From an uncultured Holophagales bacterium (GTDB lineage: Bacteria; Acidobacteriota; Thermoanaerobaculia; Multivoradales; UBA5704): a stretch of 64,000 nt of DNA. Below are positions 23,113-35,484 of this stretch, in pieces. Numbering within the stretch: the first letter of the stretch is position 1; each line of letters opens with the position of its first letter. A program made the position numbers and the translations under genes. Under the pieces are notes generated by a model. It was given only the letters and a program-made list of their open reading frames with translations. It had not been told where the DNA came from and searched no databases. Location of the stretch: NCBI GenBank assembly GCA_963842525.1, contig CAWJGT010000023.1:352001-416000 (forward strand). Direction: 5' to 3'.

Positions 23113-25435
23113 AGACGTCCCGCTTGCCGAGCTGACGGACGCATTCCTGGACGGCCAGGCCCCGGCCGACCTCCAGGAGGCGCTCTCCATCCCTCTCTGC
23201 TCGGTGGCGCCAGCCACGGCGGCGACGCCGGCTCCTCCAGCGCCGCCGGCACGCCTGTATGGCCGGCCGGAACGAGCGAGGGAAGGGAGCTGCAGCTCGT
23301 CGAGGCGCGCTACCGGGCGCTGGTCGAGCAGATCCCGGCAGTGGTGTTCCTCGCCTCGGTCGAAGGAGGCTTGAACGACATCTACGTCAGCCCGCAGATC
23401 GAGTCGCTGCTGGGGTTTACGCAGAAGGAGTGGACCAGCAATCCCGTCCTCTGGTTCCGGCAGCTCCACCCCGACGACCGCATGCGGCTCAGCCGCGAGT
23501 TCGCGAAGACCTGCGTCACCGGCCAGCCGTTCCGCAGTATCGTGCGGGTGTTCGACCGTGCCGGCGCCCTGGTGTGGGTCCATGCCGAGGCGAGGCTGGT
23601 GCGCGACGGGTCCGGTCGTCCGCTCTTCCTGCACGGCGTCGGCTTCGACGTCACCGAGCAGCAGAAGGGCGAGCAGACGCGCCAGCAGCTCCTGCTGGAG
23701 CAGCAGGCGCGCGCGGCGGCCGAGGAGGCCTGGCGGCGGGCTTCCTACTTGGCCCGCGTGAGCCACGCGCTGAGCGCGAACCTCGACTATCCGTCGATCC
23801 CCGGCGAGGTGGCGCGGCTGGTCGTCCCCGAGCTGGCGGACCTGAGCGCGCTCACAGGGCGCTCCAAGGGCTCGCTGCAGACGCTGGCACTTGTCCACAG
23901 GGATCCAGCGCGGCTCGAGCTGGCGAGGCGGCTCTGGGATGGCTATCCAGAGGGGTTGCACGCTGCGGGCGAGATCGGTCGCGGCAGGTGGAACGGAGAG
24001 CCTGAGCTGGTCTCCGAAGTCGACGATGCCGTCCTGGGCGCCATCGCCCGTGGTGCGGAGCACCTCGCGCTGCTGCGCCAGCTGGCGCCGAAGTCCTTCA
24101 TGATCGTGCCGGTCCGCGGCCGGAATCTCGTGCACTGCGTCTTGACTCTGGTGACCGCCGAGTCGGGACGGCGCTACGGGCCCGAGGATCTGGCTGTCGC
24201 GGAGGACGTCGCGCAACGGGCTGCCCTGGCCATGGACAACGCGCAGCTCTATCGGGAAGCGCAAGAGGCGAGCCGCCTCAAGGACGAGTTCCTGGCCACC
24301 CTCTCGCACGAGCTGCGTACGCCGCTGAACGCGATCGTCGGCTGGACGCACATCCTGCAGGCCAACGCCGACGATGCGTCGCCGAACGTGCGCAAGGCGA
24401 TCGAAACCATCGCGCGCAACGCCCAGGTGCAGAACCAGCTCATCGCCGATATCCTGGATGTATCGAGGATCGTTGCCGGAAGCTCTCGCCTCAAGGTCCA
24501 GCCGGTGGACCTGGTCAGCGTGATCGAGGCGGCGCTGGACACGGTGCGTCCGGCAGCCGAGGCGAAGGAGATCCTGCTGCAGACGATCTTCGACGCCTCG
24601 GCGGGATCTGTGTCGGGGCGACCCCGACCGGCTGCAGCAGGTGGTCTGGAACCTGCTGTCCAACGCGATCAAGTTCACGCACGCGGCGGGGCAAGGTGCA
24701 GATTCGTCTGGAAGCCGTCGACTCGCATCGTCGAGATCGTGGTCGAGGACAGCGGTCCCGGGATCGATCCGGAGTTCCTGCCCTACGTGTTCGAGCGTTT
24801 CCGCCAAGCCGATTCCTCCAGCACCCGCCGTCACGGCGGGCTGGGGCTTGGATCTGGCGATCGTGCGGCATCTGATCGAGCTGCACGGCGGCACCGTCCA
24901 CGCCGCCAACCGCGAGGACCGGTCTGGCGCCGTCTTCAGGGTCACGCTGCCCGGCGTAGCGTGGCGTCCGGCGCGACCCACGCGTTCTCCCACCCCGCCA
25001 CCGCGGAGGAAACCGGGTGGCTGCAGGCGACGCCTCGCTCGCCGGCCTGCGGGTCTGGTAGTAGACGACCAGCGGGACGGGCGCGAGCTGGTAGCCACGG
25101 TGCTCGAGCGATGCGGCGCCAGGTCACTGAGGCCGCCTCGGCACGCGAGGCCTACGAGGCGCTCCAGCGCGCCGCTTCGATGTCTTTCTCGCCGACATCG
25201 AGATGCCCGAAGAGGACGGCTACTCGCTGATCCGCAGGATCAGGAGCTATCGGCAGGGTGGGAAGATGCGCGCGCGCTCACGCCTATGAGAGCGCTCAGG
25301 ATAGCGTGCGAAGCTTGGAGGTGGCTTTCAGATGCACTCTAGAAACGGTGCAGCTTGCGAGCTGGCGGCGGCGGTGGCCAGCCTGGTGCGGATCAGGAAG
25401 CGCGGTTGGGCGGGGAACGGCGAGCTCGGCTGATG
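23099..25435 (+). CDS. Hybrid sensor histidine kinase PAS-GAF-HisKA-HATPase-REC (multiple frameshifts)
   Basis: YVSPQIESLLG..LHPDD (PAS); FLATLSHELRTPL; NLLSNAIKFT; DSGPGI; GGLGLG; LVVDD (receiver). Confidence 0.8.
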
Positions 25436-25464
25436 GGTTCGGGGATGCGCAGGTATAGTGGTGC

Positions 25465-27683
25465 ATGGAACGTCGCTAGATAGCGGTACGCGGCATGTAC
25501 AGGGGGTAGGCTTCCGGCGTTGTCTACGGGTTGGCGGGACAGCTCGGGCTCCACGGATCGGTGCGGAATAGGGCGGCGAGGTGCTCATAGAGGTAGAGGG
25601 CTCGCTTCGGTGCTAGACGGTTCTGGACAGGATCGCTGGGAGCTGCGCCTCTGGCTCGCATAGAGGACTGCGCTGGACGTAGAGCGAGGGCAGGGATAGG
25701 CGCGCTCGGACGAGCGCGATTACGGATCGCGCGAGCGATGACGCGGCGACGGCGCGCTCGGAATCTCCCCCGACGTCGCCTTGCGAACACTGCCTCGCTG
25801 AGCTGCACGATCTGCGGATCGCGCTATCGCTACGGTTCTCAATTGCACGCAGTGCGGGCGCGGCTGACGATCACCTCGCTCTGCGTACGACGCGAACGCA
25901 CCACCTGGCGGCGTCGCCTCTGTCTGGTGAGACAGTAAGAGAGCTCGGAGGATCGCAGGTTCCACGCTCAGCGCATCGCCTGCGCGGCTTGCGGCTCGCG
26001 GCTCCGGTGGCGCAACGCTGGCGGCGGCGACGCGGATGATGCGGATGATGCGCTCGCGGCGCGGCGCGGAGGATCGCAGCGGCGGCCTCGTCGCGATCAA
26101 AGGAGTGGCGGCTTCATCTCGCCTGCGATGCCGCTCAGGAAACGCGGTAGACGCCTGCGGGCGGGCAAGGGACGAGGCGACAAGCGTTCGCGCTCATGGT
26201 GCAGACTTGCGACGGCACGCTGGCTGTGCGAGCTGGACGAAGCGGCTGAGCGCTGCTGGCGCCGCGGAGCGGCGGTGGTCTCCTGCGCGGCGGCGCGGAG
26301 CGCGGTGGCGCTGGGCGTCGCTCCCGGGGGCGCTCTCCTCGGCCTGCTCCTGCTCTACTCGCCGCTTCACGACTTCTCCTGGAGCGGCTGGGGCGACGGT
26401 AGTGCTCACGAGCGGCAACGCAGCGGCGAGCGATGGCGATAGAGGAAGGCGAGGCGCGGCGCGGCTCGGGGATGTCGCTGATGGATTCTGACTCGCGACG
26501 CTCGATCGCGTGCGCTGCGACGACAGCGTAGTGCGCTGGACCGGACGGCGGCTGATCTCGATGCGCGCTCGCGCGGCTGGGCGCGCGGCCGGTGAGGGCT
26601 GGCCTCAAAGCGTCCGGCGGTGCTGGCTCTCGGCAGTCATGAGAAGAACACTTCTGCCTGCTGCGGGGGGAGAACGCTATCCTCTCGCACCACATCGGCG
26701 ACCTGGACACAGTAGAGGCGATCCGCGACCTGCGGTGGCTCTCTCCAATACCAGCGCCTGCTCGACTTCACGCGCAGGTAGTGGCCTGCGACCTGCACGC
26801 GGACTATGCATAGACGGTTGGCGCGAACTCTGGCGGCCTGCGAGGTCTGCCGCTGGTGCCGGTACAGCGTCACTATGCGCACGTTCTCAGCGTGCTCGCT
26901 GAGCACGAGCTGGTGGGTGGCGCTCGGCATCGTCCTCGATGGTAGCGGCCTGGGAACGGACGGGACAGTCTGGGGCTGCGAATCCCAGGCGGTGGAGGCG
27001 GGGATGGCATGTCTAGACCAACAGAGCGGGTGCGCCTGCCGGGGGCGAGGCGCGTGCGCGAGCCTGGAGAATGGCGTCGCCTGGCTGCTCGGGCCTGGGA
27101 TGGCGAGCTGCTGCGCTCGACCTGCCGTGCTCGCGGCAGAGCCACGAGCGCGGCACGCGTCGAGCGGCTGGTGCTCGCGGAATACAGGCGCGCTCGCCTC
27201 GAGCGCGGCGGCTGTTCGATGCGGTGGCCGCTCTTCTCGGCCTGCGTTCCAAGGTGTCGTTCGAGGGACAGGCCGCCATGGAGCTGGAAGCTATCGCCGC
27301 AGCGGGGCCGGCACGGCGTACGCTTTCGCTCTCGACGCAGCCGCGGACGGTTTCGTGCTGCGCTTCGACGCGGCGATCCGCGCCATTGCCGAAGAGGTTG
27401 CCGCCGGCGCTGATCCCGGCCGGATCTCCGCCCGCTTCCATCGGACGCTCGTCGACGCGCTGGTCGCCGGCGCGCGCCGGGCACGCGAGGAACAGGGGCT
27501 CGAATGCGCGGTGCTTGCCGGCGGCTGCTTCCAGAACGCCGTCCTCCCGAGGGGACAAGCGAAGCGCAGGCGGCGGCGGGATTCACGGTGCTCGTGCCCG
27601 TCAACGTCCCCCCGAACGATGGTGGACTGGCGCTCGGCCAGGCCGTGGCCGCCGCGGCGGAGGAGCTGCTGCCATGTGCCTAG
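25465..27683 (+). CDS. hypF: Carbamoyltransferase HypF (heavily frameshifted in this sequence)
   Basis: Fragments VQGVGFR, RRFHAQ, AIKGV, CDDSVVR, HIGDL, LDGSGLGTDGTVWG, RLFDAVAALLG, EGQAAMELE, GGCFQN, PPNDGGLALGQA appear in the expected order across frames. Confidence 0.85.
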
Positions 27684-27933
27684 CGATTCCCGGCCAGGTC
27701 GTCTCGTTCGAGGACGAGGCCGGACAGATCGTCAAGGTCGACGTGGCGGAAGTGCGCCGCCGGGTGCACGTCGGGCTTCTGGACCCCCTGGAAATGGCGA
27801 CAGGGTGGAGTCCACGTCGGCCGCAATCTCGAGGATCGACGAGGAGGAGGCGGCACGGACGCTCCGCTTCCTCGAGGCGCTCGGCGCGCAGTTCCAGCAG
27901 GAGCTCGAAGAGCTGCGGAGAAGTGAGCCATGA
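27674..27933 (+). CDS. hypC: HypC chaperone (frameshifted)
   Basis: MCLAIPGQV start; AISRIDEEEAARTL end. Confidence 0.85.
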
Positions 27934-28538
27934 GCCTCCGCGGCGCCGACGCCCGAGCTCGAGCCGCCCTCCGGCCAGCGCGCCCCCGACCTGCACGCGC
28001 TCGGGCAGGCGCGGTTCGGCCGTTCGCAGCAGGCGGTCGAAACCTTCTTCACGGCCCAGGCAGACGCCGTGTCGGCGGCCTGCTGGGCGATGGCGCGGCG
28101 CTTTCACCGCGGCGGACGGCTGCTGGCCTGGGGAGCCGGGGCCGCGGCGAGTGACGCCTGGCACGTCGTAGACGAATTCGTCCATCCGGTGATCGTCGGC
28201 AAGCGCGCACTGCCAGCTCTGGTGCTCGAGGACGAGCCCGCCGTCGTCTCTCCCTTCTCGGGCGCCCCACCGACATCGCGCTGGCGATTTCGCCGGGCGG
28301 CGACGATCCGCACGGAGCGGCCCTGCTGGCGCGGGCGCGGCAGCGCGGCCTGTTGACCATCGCCCTGACCGGCCGAGGGGCAGTGGACGCTGGAGCCGAC
28401 CATTGCTTCGCGGTCGAGGATGACGACCCGACGGTCGTCCAGGAAGTGCACGAAACGCTCTATCACGTGCTCTGGGAGGCGTCGACGTCTTCCTCGAGCA
28501 GCCGGGGCTCCTTGAGCCAGGGAATTTTCGTTCCATGA
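27930..28538 (+). CDS. SIS-domain (GmhA-like) protein 1, frameshifted
   Basis: ACWAMARRFHRGGRLLAWG..ASDAWHV..EFVHPVIVGKRALPAL; VQEVHETLYHVLWE. Confidence 0.75.
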
Positions 28539-29184
28539 GCCACGGCCCCGAGTCCTTGCTCTATCCGTTCCTCGGCTCCGAGACCGCGGACCCGGCCCCG
28601 GTGCTGGCGGACGTCCGTGCCTCCACCCTCCGCAAGGCTGTCGACGTCGTGGCGCTGCGCGCCGCCCTCTGGGAGCGCCACGCCGGAGATCTCGCCGCCG
28701 CGGCCCCAATTCTTCGGCCGCGTTTCTTGTGGGGCGCAAGGTCCTCGCCTTCGGCAATGGCGGCAGCGCCACGGATGCCCAGGACCTGGTGAGCGAGCTC
28801 GTCACGCCACCCGTCGCCGGGTGGCGCTCGCTGCCGGCGCTCGACCCAACCCGCGATAGCGCAGTGCTGACGGCGATGGGCAACGACGTCGGCTACGAGA
28901 ACGTCTTCTCGCGCCAGGTGATCGCCTTGGGCGAGCCGGGGAACATCGCGGTCGGCTTCTCGACCAGCGGCAACAGCGCCAACGTGCTGGCCGCTTTGGA
29001 GCGGGCGAGGAAGCACGGGCTGCAGACCCAGGGCTTCAGCGGCACCGACGGCGGCGACATGGCTGCCGCCGGCCTGGACATCTGCATCGTGGCGCCGTCC
29101 AGCTACATACCCCGCATCCAGGAAGCGCACGCCACGGCGTGCCACACAATCTATCACCTGCTCGAAGCCATCTTCGACTCATGT
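28535..29184 (+). CDS. SIS-domain (phosphoheptose isomerase GmhA-like) protein 2
   Basis: AFGNGGSATDAQ, TAMGNDVG..VFSRQ, STSGNSANV, RIQEAH. Confidence 0.8.
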
Positions 29185-30311
29185 AATACATCGATGAATA
29201 CCGCGATCCAGAACTGGCCACCGCCCTCCTGCGGCGCATCGAGAAGCTCGCCGCCGGGGACCGGCGCAAGTTCATGGAGGTGTGCGGCGGGCACACGCAC
29301 GCGATCTACAAGCACGGCCTCGATCAGCTCCTGCCGGATGGCATCGAGCTGGTGCACGGCCCCGGATGCCCGGTGTGCGTCATCCCCATGGGGCGGGTGG
29401 ACGACGCGATCGCGATCGCCGAGCGGGGCGTGATCTTCTCGACCTACGGCGATATGATGCAAGTGCCCGGAAGCCGCAAGAGCCTGCTCGATGCCAAGGC
29501 GGCCGGCGCCGACGTGCGGGTGGTCTATTCTCCGCTCGACGCCTTGCAGCTCGCCGTCCGCCACCCCGACCGCGACGTCGTCTTCTTCGCCATCGGCTTC
29601 GAGACCACCGCGCCGGCCACCGCCGTCACCGTGCTCCGCGCGCGGGACCAGAGACTGCTGAACTTCTCCGTGTTCTGCAACCACGTCACGATTCTGCCGG
29701 CGATCAAGGCCATTCTCGACTCGCCCGACATGCGGCTCGACGGTTTCATCGGTCCGGGTCACGTCTCGACCGTGATCGGGACCCATCCCTATCGCTGGAT
29801 TCCGGAGCGCTACGGCCTGCCGATCGTTATCTCCGGGTTCGAGCCGCTCGACGTCCTGCAGTCGGTCGCCATGCTCCTCGAGCAGCTGCGCGCCGGCCGC
29901 TGCGCCGTCGAGAATCAGTATCTGCGGGTGGTGCATCCCGCGGGTACTCCTCGAGCGGTCGAAGCGATCGCTCAGACGATGGAGCTGCGGCCACAGTTTG
30001 AATGGCGGGGGCTCGGATTCATCGGCCAGAGCGGACTGCGACTGCGCCCGGAGTTCGCTGATTGGGACGCCGAGGCCCGCTTCGCCGTACCGGGTCTGCG
30101 GGTGGCCGATCCCAAGGCCTGCCAGTGCGGCGAAGTCCTCAAGGGCGTCCTCAAGCCCTGGGAATGCCGGGTCTTCGGCACCGCCTGCACGCCGGAGACC
30201 CCGATCGGCACCTGCATGGTCTCCTCGGAGGGGGCATGCGCCGCCTACTACAACTATGGCCGCTACGATCTGCGTCGCCGCGCCGCCGAGGCGGCCGGGG
30301 AGGCCGGGTAG
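29181..30311 (+). CDS. hypD: HypD (second codon reads TAA in this sequence)
   Basis: M*YIDEYRDP, MEVCGGHTH, HGPGCPVC, GFETT, PGHVS, GTCMVSSEGAC. Confidence 0.95.
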
Positions 30312-31403
30312 TGGGCGGCAAGCCGACGCTCGGCGAAGCGATGGCGCGGATCGACAGCGCCGCGGAGCATCGTCGGAGCGCGCCGACGTTCCGCGACGAA
30401 CGGGTGACGCTCTCCCACGGGTCCGGCGGCAAGGCCACCCGGATGCTGGTCGAGGCGATCTTCGCAGCCGAGCTGGCGAACCCCTTCCTGAATCCGCTGG
30501 ACGACGCGGCGCTGTTGCCTCCAGCCGCCAATGGACTCGTCTTCACCACCGACTCCTACGTCGTCAAACCGCTCTTCTTCCCCGGCGGCGACATCGGCCG
30601 GCTTGCCGTTTGCGGCACGGTCAACGACCTCGCCGTGGCGGGGGCGACGCCGCTCTATCTCTCGCTGGGCGTCATCCTGGAGGAAGGTTTCCCGATCTCC
30701 GACCTGCGCCGCATCGTGCAATCGCTGCGTCAGGCGGCGGACGAGGCGGGCGTACGAGTCGTAACCGGCGACACCAAAGTGGTCGAGCGCGGCAAGGCGG
30801 ACGGCGTCTACATCAACACGGCCGGCATCGGCCAACTGCGTCGCGGGGCGCGGCTCGCGGCCGCCGCGGCGCGCCCAGGCGACCGCATCCTGGTCTCCGG
30901 CCGCCTGGGCGATCACGGCGTGGCGATCCTGGTGGCGCGCGCGGAAGCTCGACCTCGAGTCGGAGGTGCGCAGCGACACGGCGCCGCTCCACGGCCTGAT
31001 AGCCGACCTGCTGGATATGGCCGGCGCCGGCGTGCGCAGCCTCAAGGACCCGACCCGCGGCGGCCTCGCCACGGCGCTCAACGAGATTGCGCTCGCCGCG
31101 GATGTCGGCATCGCCGTCGAAGAGTCACAGGTGCCGGTGGGCGCCGAGGTGCGCGGCGCCTGTGAGATCCTCGGCATCGACCCGCTGCACCTGGCAAATG
31201 AGGGAAAGCTGCTGGCAATCGTTGCGCCGGAGTGTGTCGCCGTGGCACTCAGAGCACTGCGAGCCCATCCCCTCGGGCGCGAGGCCGCGATTGTCGGCGA
31301 GATCGTCTCCGAGCCGCGCGGCATGGTGTTCCTCCGCACCGCAATCGGCGGTCACCGGGTGCTCGACATGCTCTCCGGCGACGCGTTGCCGCGTATCTGC
31401 TGA
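30311..31403 (+). CDS. hypE: HypE, frameshift near 30945
   Basis: LSHGSGGK, TTDSYVVKPLFFPGGDIG, GDTKVV, DPTRGG, ANEGK, C-terminal LPRIC. Confidence 0.95.
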
Positions 31404-31459
31404 ATCCGGGGCCACGGCTCGACGCTGATTCCAATCGGCTCTTCCCGGCTCCTGGTTGG

Positions 31460-31665
31460 GAAGGCGCAGACCTGATCGACGGCGGAGACGACAAGGAGAT
31501 CCTCGTGGGAGACCTGGTAAACGACATCATCGTCGGCGGCAACGGGAACGACGATCTGTATGGCGGAGGGGATAACGATGCCATCGTAAGCCAGGCCGGG
31601 ACTGACGGCAGCGGCGGCACGGATTATTGCGATGCCGAGACCGAGCTCAACTGCGAGGGCCTGAG
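31460..31665 (+). pseudogene. Orphan C-terminal fragment of an RTX/hemolysin-type Ca-binding repeat protein
   Basis: GADLIDGGDD, GGNGNDDLYGGGDND, GGTDYCDAETELNCE; no credible start. Confidence 0.55.
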
Positions 31666-31762
31666 CCGTCCGAAGGGTCTGTGCACCGCAGGCCCGCCGA
31701 CTCACGTCCGCGCGCTGAAATATTTCCTGGCCTTCCTGCCACTCATGGCTGGAGGGCCAACA

Positions 31763-32071
31763 ATGCCTCACGCAGACGTCTCCGCGAAAGTCGCTCATCT
31801 CACGGATCGAGAATTACTGGACCTCTACCTCTCCTTGCCTCCCACGGCACGCGACGAAAAGTTCGTCGACACCGCGCAAGCCGCGGAGATCACAGGTGTA
31901 TCGATCCGTACCATTCAGCTTTGGATCGAAAACGGAGCCGTGCGAGCAATCGTCATCGGCAGGAAATACAGAGTTGTCCTGGACTCCCTGAGGGCACATC
32001 TGGAGATTCAAATGTCCAAACAGCTTGGCGAGCATCCCATGTCTTCCACAAAGTTCACGAACTTCACGTAA
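31763..32071 (+). CDS. Excisionase/MerR-like helix-turn-helix (HTH_17) DNA-binding protein
   Basis: FVDTAQAAEITGVSIRTIQLWIENGAVRAIVIGRKYRV; GGAGG RBS. Confidence 0.8.
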   Translation: MPHADVSAKVAHLTDRELLDLYLSLPPTARDEKFVDTAQAAEITGVSIRTIQLWIENGAVRAIVIGRKYRVVLDSLRAHLEIQMSKQLGEHPMSSTKFTNFT

Positions 32072-32174
32072 CCGGCGCATCCGGCGAAATTCGTGCTAGC
32101 CCCATCTCCTCCGGGTTGTTAATTTGCACCGGTTGAAAGCAATCCAGCCAACCGAACCAAGGAGGAATCCAGCC

Positions 32175-35100
32175 ATGAGAACCATCCGACTGTCGTTGCT
32201 CGCGTCCTGTCTCGCCGCTTTGCTGTCTACCCCTGCTGCCAGGGCAGTCTGCACCTTCCCGGCCGCAGCTCGTGAGCCGCAGGATCGGGACTCTCGCCCT
32301 GGCACGTGCCGGGAAGCTCCGCGGCAAGGTGGTGGACCTGCAAGGCCGCCCCCTGGCTGACGCCGCGGTCCTCGCCATCCCCCTGGGCGCTCTCGGAGAG
32401 CGGGCCTTCTCTCCGTCCGATCCCGTGGCAGACCGGGTGACGACGGATTCTCAAGGCCGCTTCGAGCTTCGTCACGTGCGGCCCGAGCAGAGCTATGAGG
32501 TGCGGGCTTCCCGGGCCGGAGCCTTCCCGGCGGCACAACGTGCCACGGTGGGCGATCCCTTGGCGCAGACGACGCAGACCCGCGAGCTGACGCTCGTCTT
32601 GGCCCCGGCCCGGTCAGCTCGGGGCAAGGTCCAGGATCCTGCGGGCCGGCCGATCGCGGGGGCCGAAGCGGTCGTGCGACCGGCCCTGCGTCCCGGTTCT
32701 CCGGCCAGCGCGGCTGACGGCGAGGCCGGCACTCCCCCTGTCTTGAGCGATGCCCAGGGCCTTTTCTCGTTTCCTGAGCTGCCGGCCTCCGAAGTGGAGC
32801 TTACGGTCCGCCGGAAGGGGTACGCCCCCGCGACCCTCCCGGCGCTTCGGATTCCTGCTGGGACAGGACCCGCGGACCTGGGCATGGTGACCCTGCGCCC
32901 CGGAGCCACCCTCGCCGGCCGCGTGATCGACCAGCACGGCCAGGCCGTCCCCGGCGGCGAAGTCTTCCTCCTGAGTCAGCCGGCCAGTCCCAACGAGACA
33001 GAGCGGACACTGAAAGGACGCAAGCCCTCCACAATGGTCGCGGCGGATGGACGCTTCTCCATCGAGGAGCTGGCCCGGGGGGCTCCGGTCCATGTGGCCG
33101 TCCGGGCGTCCGGTTATTTGATCAGTCAGCTCCGTGCGGTCCGCCCTCCCACTCCCAAGCCGGTCGTGATCCGTCTGGAGCCCGAGGCGACCCTGCGGGG
33201 CCGGGTCGTCGACGAGACAGGCGATCCGGTGCCCGGCGCGCGCATCGATCTGCACTGGCAGGCGTTCCTGCCGGAGGAACCGGACCGCCCGGTGGGAGAG
33301 CCGATCCTTCGCAACACGCGGGCCGATGGCGACGGTCGCTTCGAGCTCCGCGGCCTTCCCGCCGGAGCCGCGCGGGTCAGCGTGACCGCGCCGGCCTTCG
33401 TTCCGCTCGAGGGTGTCGAGGTCGGTCTGCCCCGGCCGTCGACCGCCGGAGAGCTCCGGCTGGTGCTGGAACGGGGAGCGCTCCTCCAGGGGCGTGTCAC
33501 CACCGCGGCCGGCGAGCCGGTGCCGGCGGTCCGTGTCGGCGTCAGCGGATCTTCCGCTGCCACGAACGACGACGGCTTGTACTGGCTCGAAGGCGCGGAG
33601 ATCGGCCGTCAGGATGTCATCTTCCTCCATCCGAGCTGCGGCCGGCTGGCGAAGCCGTTCAAGATCCGGCCGGGGATCAACGTGCTGGACGTGACGTTCG
33701 AGCCCGGCGTCGAAGTCACGGGACGCGTGATCGACGACACCGGCAAGCCCGTGCCGAACGCCAAGGTCGAGCTTGCCCCCGAGAACCGTTTCGAGCCAAG
33801 GCAATATCGGGACATGACCGGCGAGGACGGCCGCTTCCGCCTCGCACCGGTGCTGGCGGGCAAGTACCGGTTGAAGGCCGGAGCCGACGGCTTCACCGAC
33901 ACCGAGCACCCGGGGACGCTCGCGGTCGACGGCGAGCCCGCGACCAACCTCGAAATCACAATCGAGAAAGGGGCCGTCCTCTCCGGAAAGATCCTCGGGC
34001 TCCCCGCGGAAGACCTGCCGCAGGTGGAGGTCGAGGCTCGTGGCGACCGCGGAGAGACGGTGGCCGCCTGGACCGATGGCCGGGGCCGCTACGAGATCCG
34101 GTCCCTCGCGCCCGGCGACTGGACGGTGACGGCCCGGCTCTGGGACGACCAGCGGCAGGCCAGGAGCCGCGTCGCCATCCGCCGGTCCGACCGCGAGGTG
34201 ACGCGCGATCTGGAGTTCGAGAAACGCCTGGCGCTGACCGTCCAGGTGCTCTATGACGAAGAGCCGCTCCCCGACGCCTGGGTCTCCCTGGGCGGACAGC
34301 GGATCACGGCCGAGCGCATTGCCACGACCGACTACGAAGGGCGGGCCCGCTTCGACGACCTCGCGCCGGAAATCTACCGCGTCGGGTTGCGCCACGCCCG
34401 GAACATGATCGTGCACAACGACCAGATCGACCTTCAGCAGGACAGAGACCTGATCATCCGTCTCCAGGGCGCCACGATCGGCGGTCTGGTGGTGAGCGCG
34501 GCAGACGGCGAGCCGGTCCGGGATGCCCTGCTCTCTTTGCGGCCTGTGGAGGGGCCGGAGTATCTCGTCACCACGGGAACGAAGAGCGACGGCCGTTTCG
34601 TAGTCCACCGGGTGCAACCGAACCGCTACCGCCTCCAGACCGATGCCAAGGGGTTCCTCGCGGCCGAGCAGGAGATCCAGGTGGCCGCCGGCCAGACGCT
34701 CGACAACCTGGAGCTCCGGCTGAAGCCGGCACCGGGCGCCAAGGTCCGCGTCCGGCTCGCCTCCGGCCAAGTCCCGTCCCGCATGCACGTGCAGGTCCGC
34801 GACGCGTCCGGCGGGACGGTGCTCGCCGAGACGCACGAGGTGGATGCATCAGGGGAGATCGAGCTGTCCCTGCCGCCCGGCTCCTGGACCCTGTTTCTCC
34901 GGGCCGATAACAGTGCCCTGGCCACGGCGGGTCTGATGATCCCCGCCGCCGGGCCCCTCGCACTGACCCTGGCGCCGGCCGGAAGGCTCAATGTACGCGT
35001 CCCGGCGCTCGTCACCTCGGTCCTGATCGGAACGGTCCACCTCCTCGGATCGGACCAGCAGCCGTTCTGGACGCTCGGCCCGGGAGGAAGGGTCGAGCAG

Positions 35101-35436
35101 CAATGGTCGCTCGTCGGCGGAAAAGTGGTGATTGATGGGGTGCCCGCCGGAAGCTGGCTCCTCCAGGTGGAGACCCCGGATGGGCAGAGATGGCAGGGCG
35201 CGGCGGTGACCTCGGGAGCGGCGGAGGCGGCGGTGACGATCGAATCAGCCTCTCAGCAGCAAGCGCACTCGGTACCGTTATTTAGCTCTACGGGAGACCC
35301 TTTCCGCTCAAGAGGAAGGCCTTTCCGTGAGCACGTCCTGCACGACGGTTCAACGGCTAAGGTGCCGCCGCAGCCGACGCATCGAGGTCAGCGCGGAAGC
35401 GCCTGGCGTCGATGGAGGAGATGGACTACCTCGTAG
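32175..35436 (+). CDS. Carboxypeptidase-regulatory-like (transthyretin/Cna-B fold) repeat protein; signal peptide out of frame at ~32270
   Basis: Repeated GRVVD..G.PVPGA.V / TD.DGRF.L..L.PG.Y modules; upstream MRTIRLSLLASCLAALLSTPAARA with GGAGG RBS. Confidence 0.75.
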
Positions 35437-35484
35437 CGCCCGCGCTTCCCTTCCGGGTGGATTTTGCGGTACAAGGATGTGCTC

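Noticed and set aside
31763-32071. Prophage or ICE marked by an excisionase
   Set aside because: No integrase, att-like repeat or phage genes nearby.
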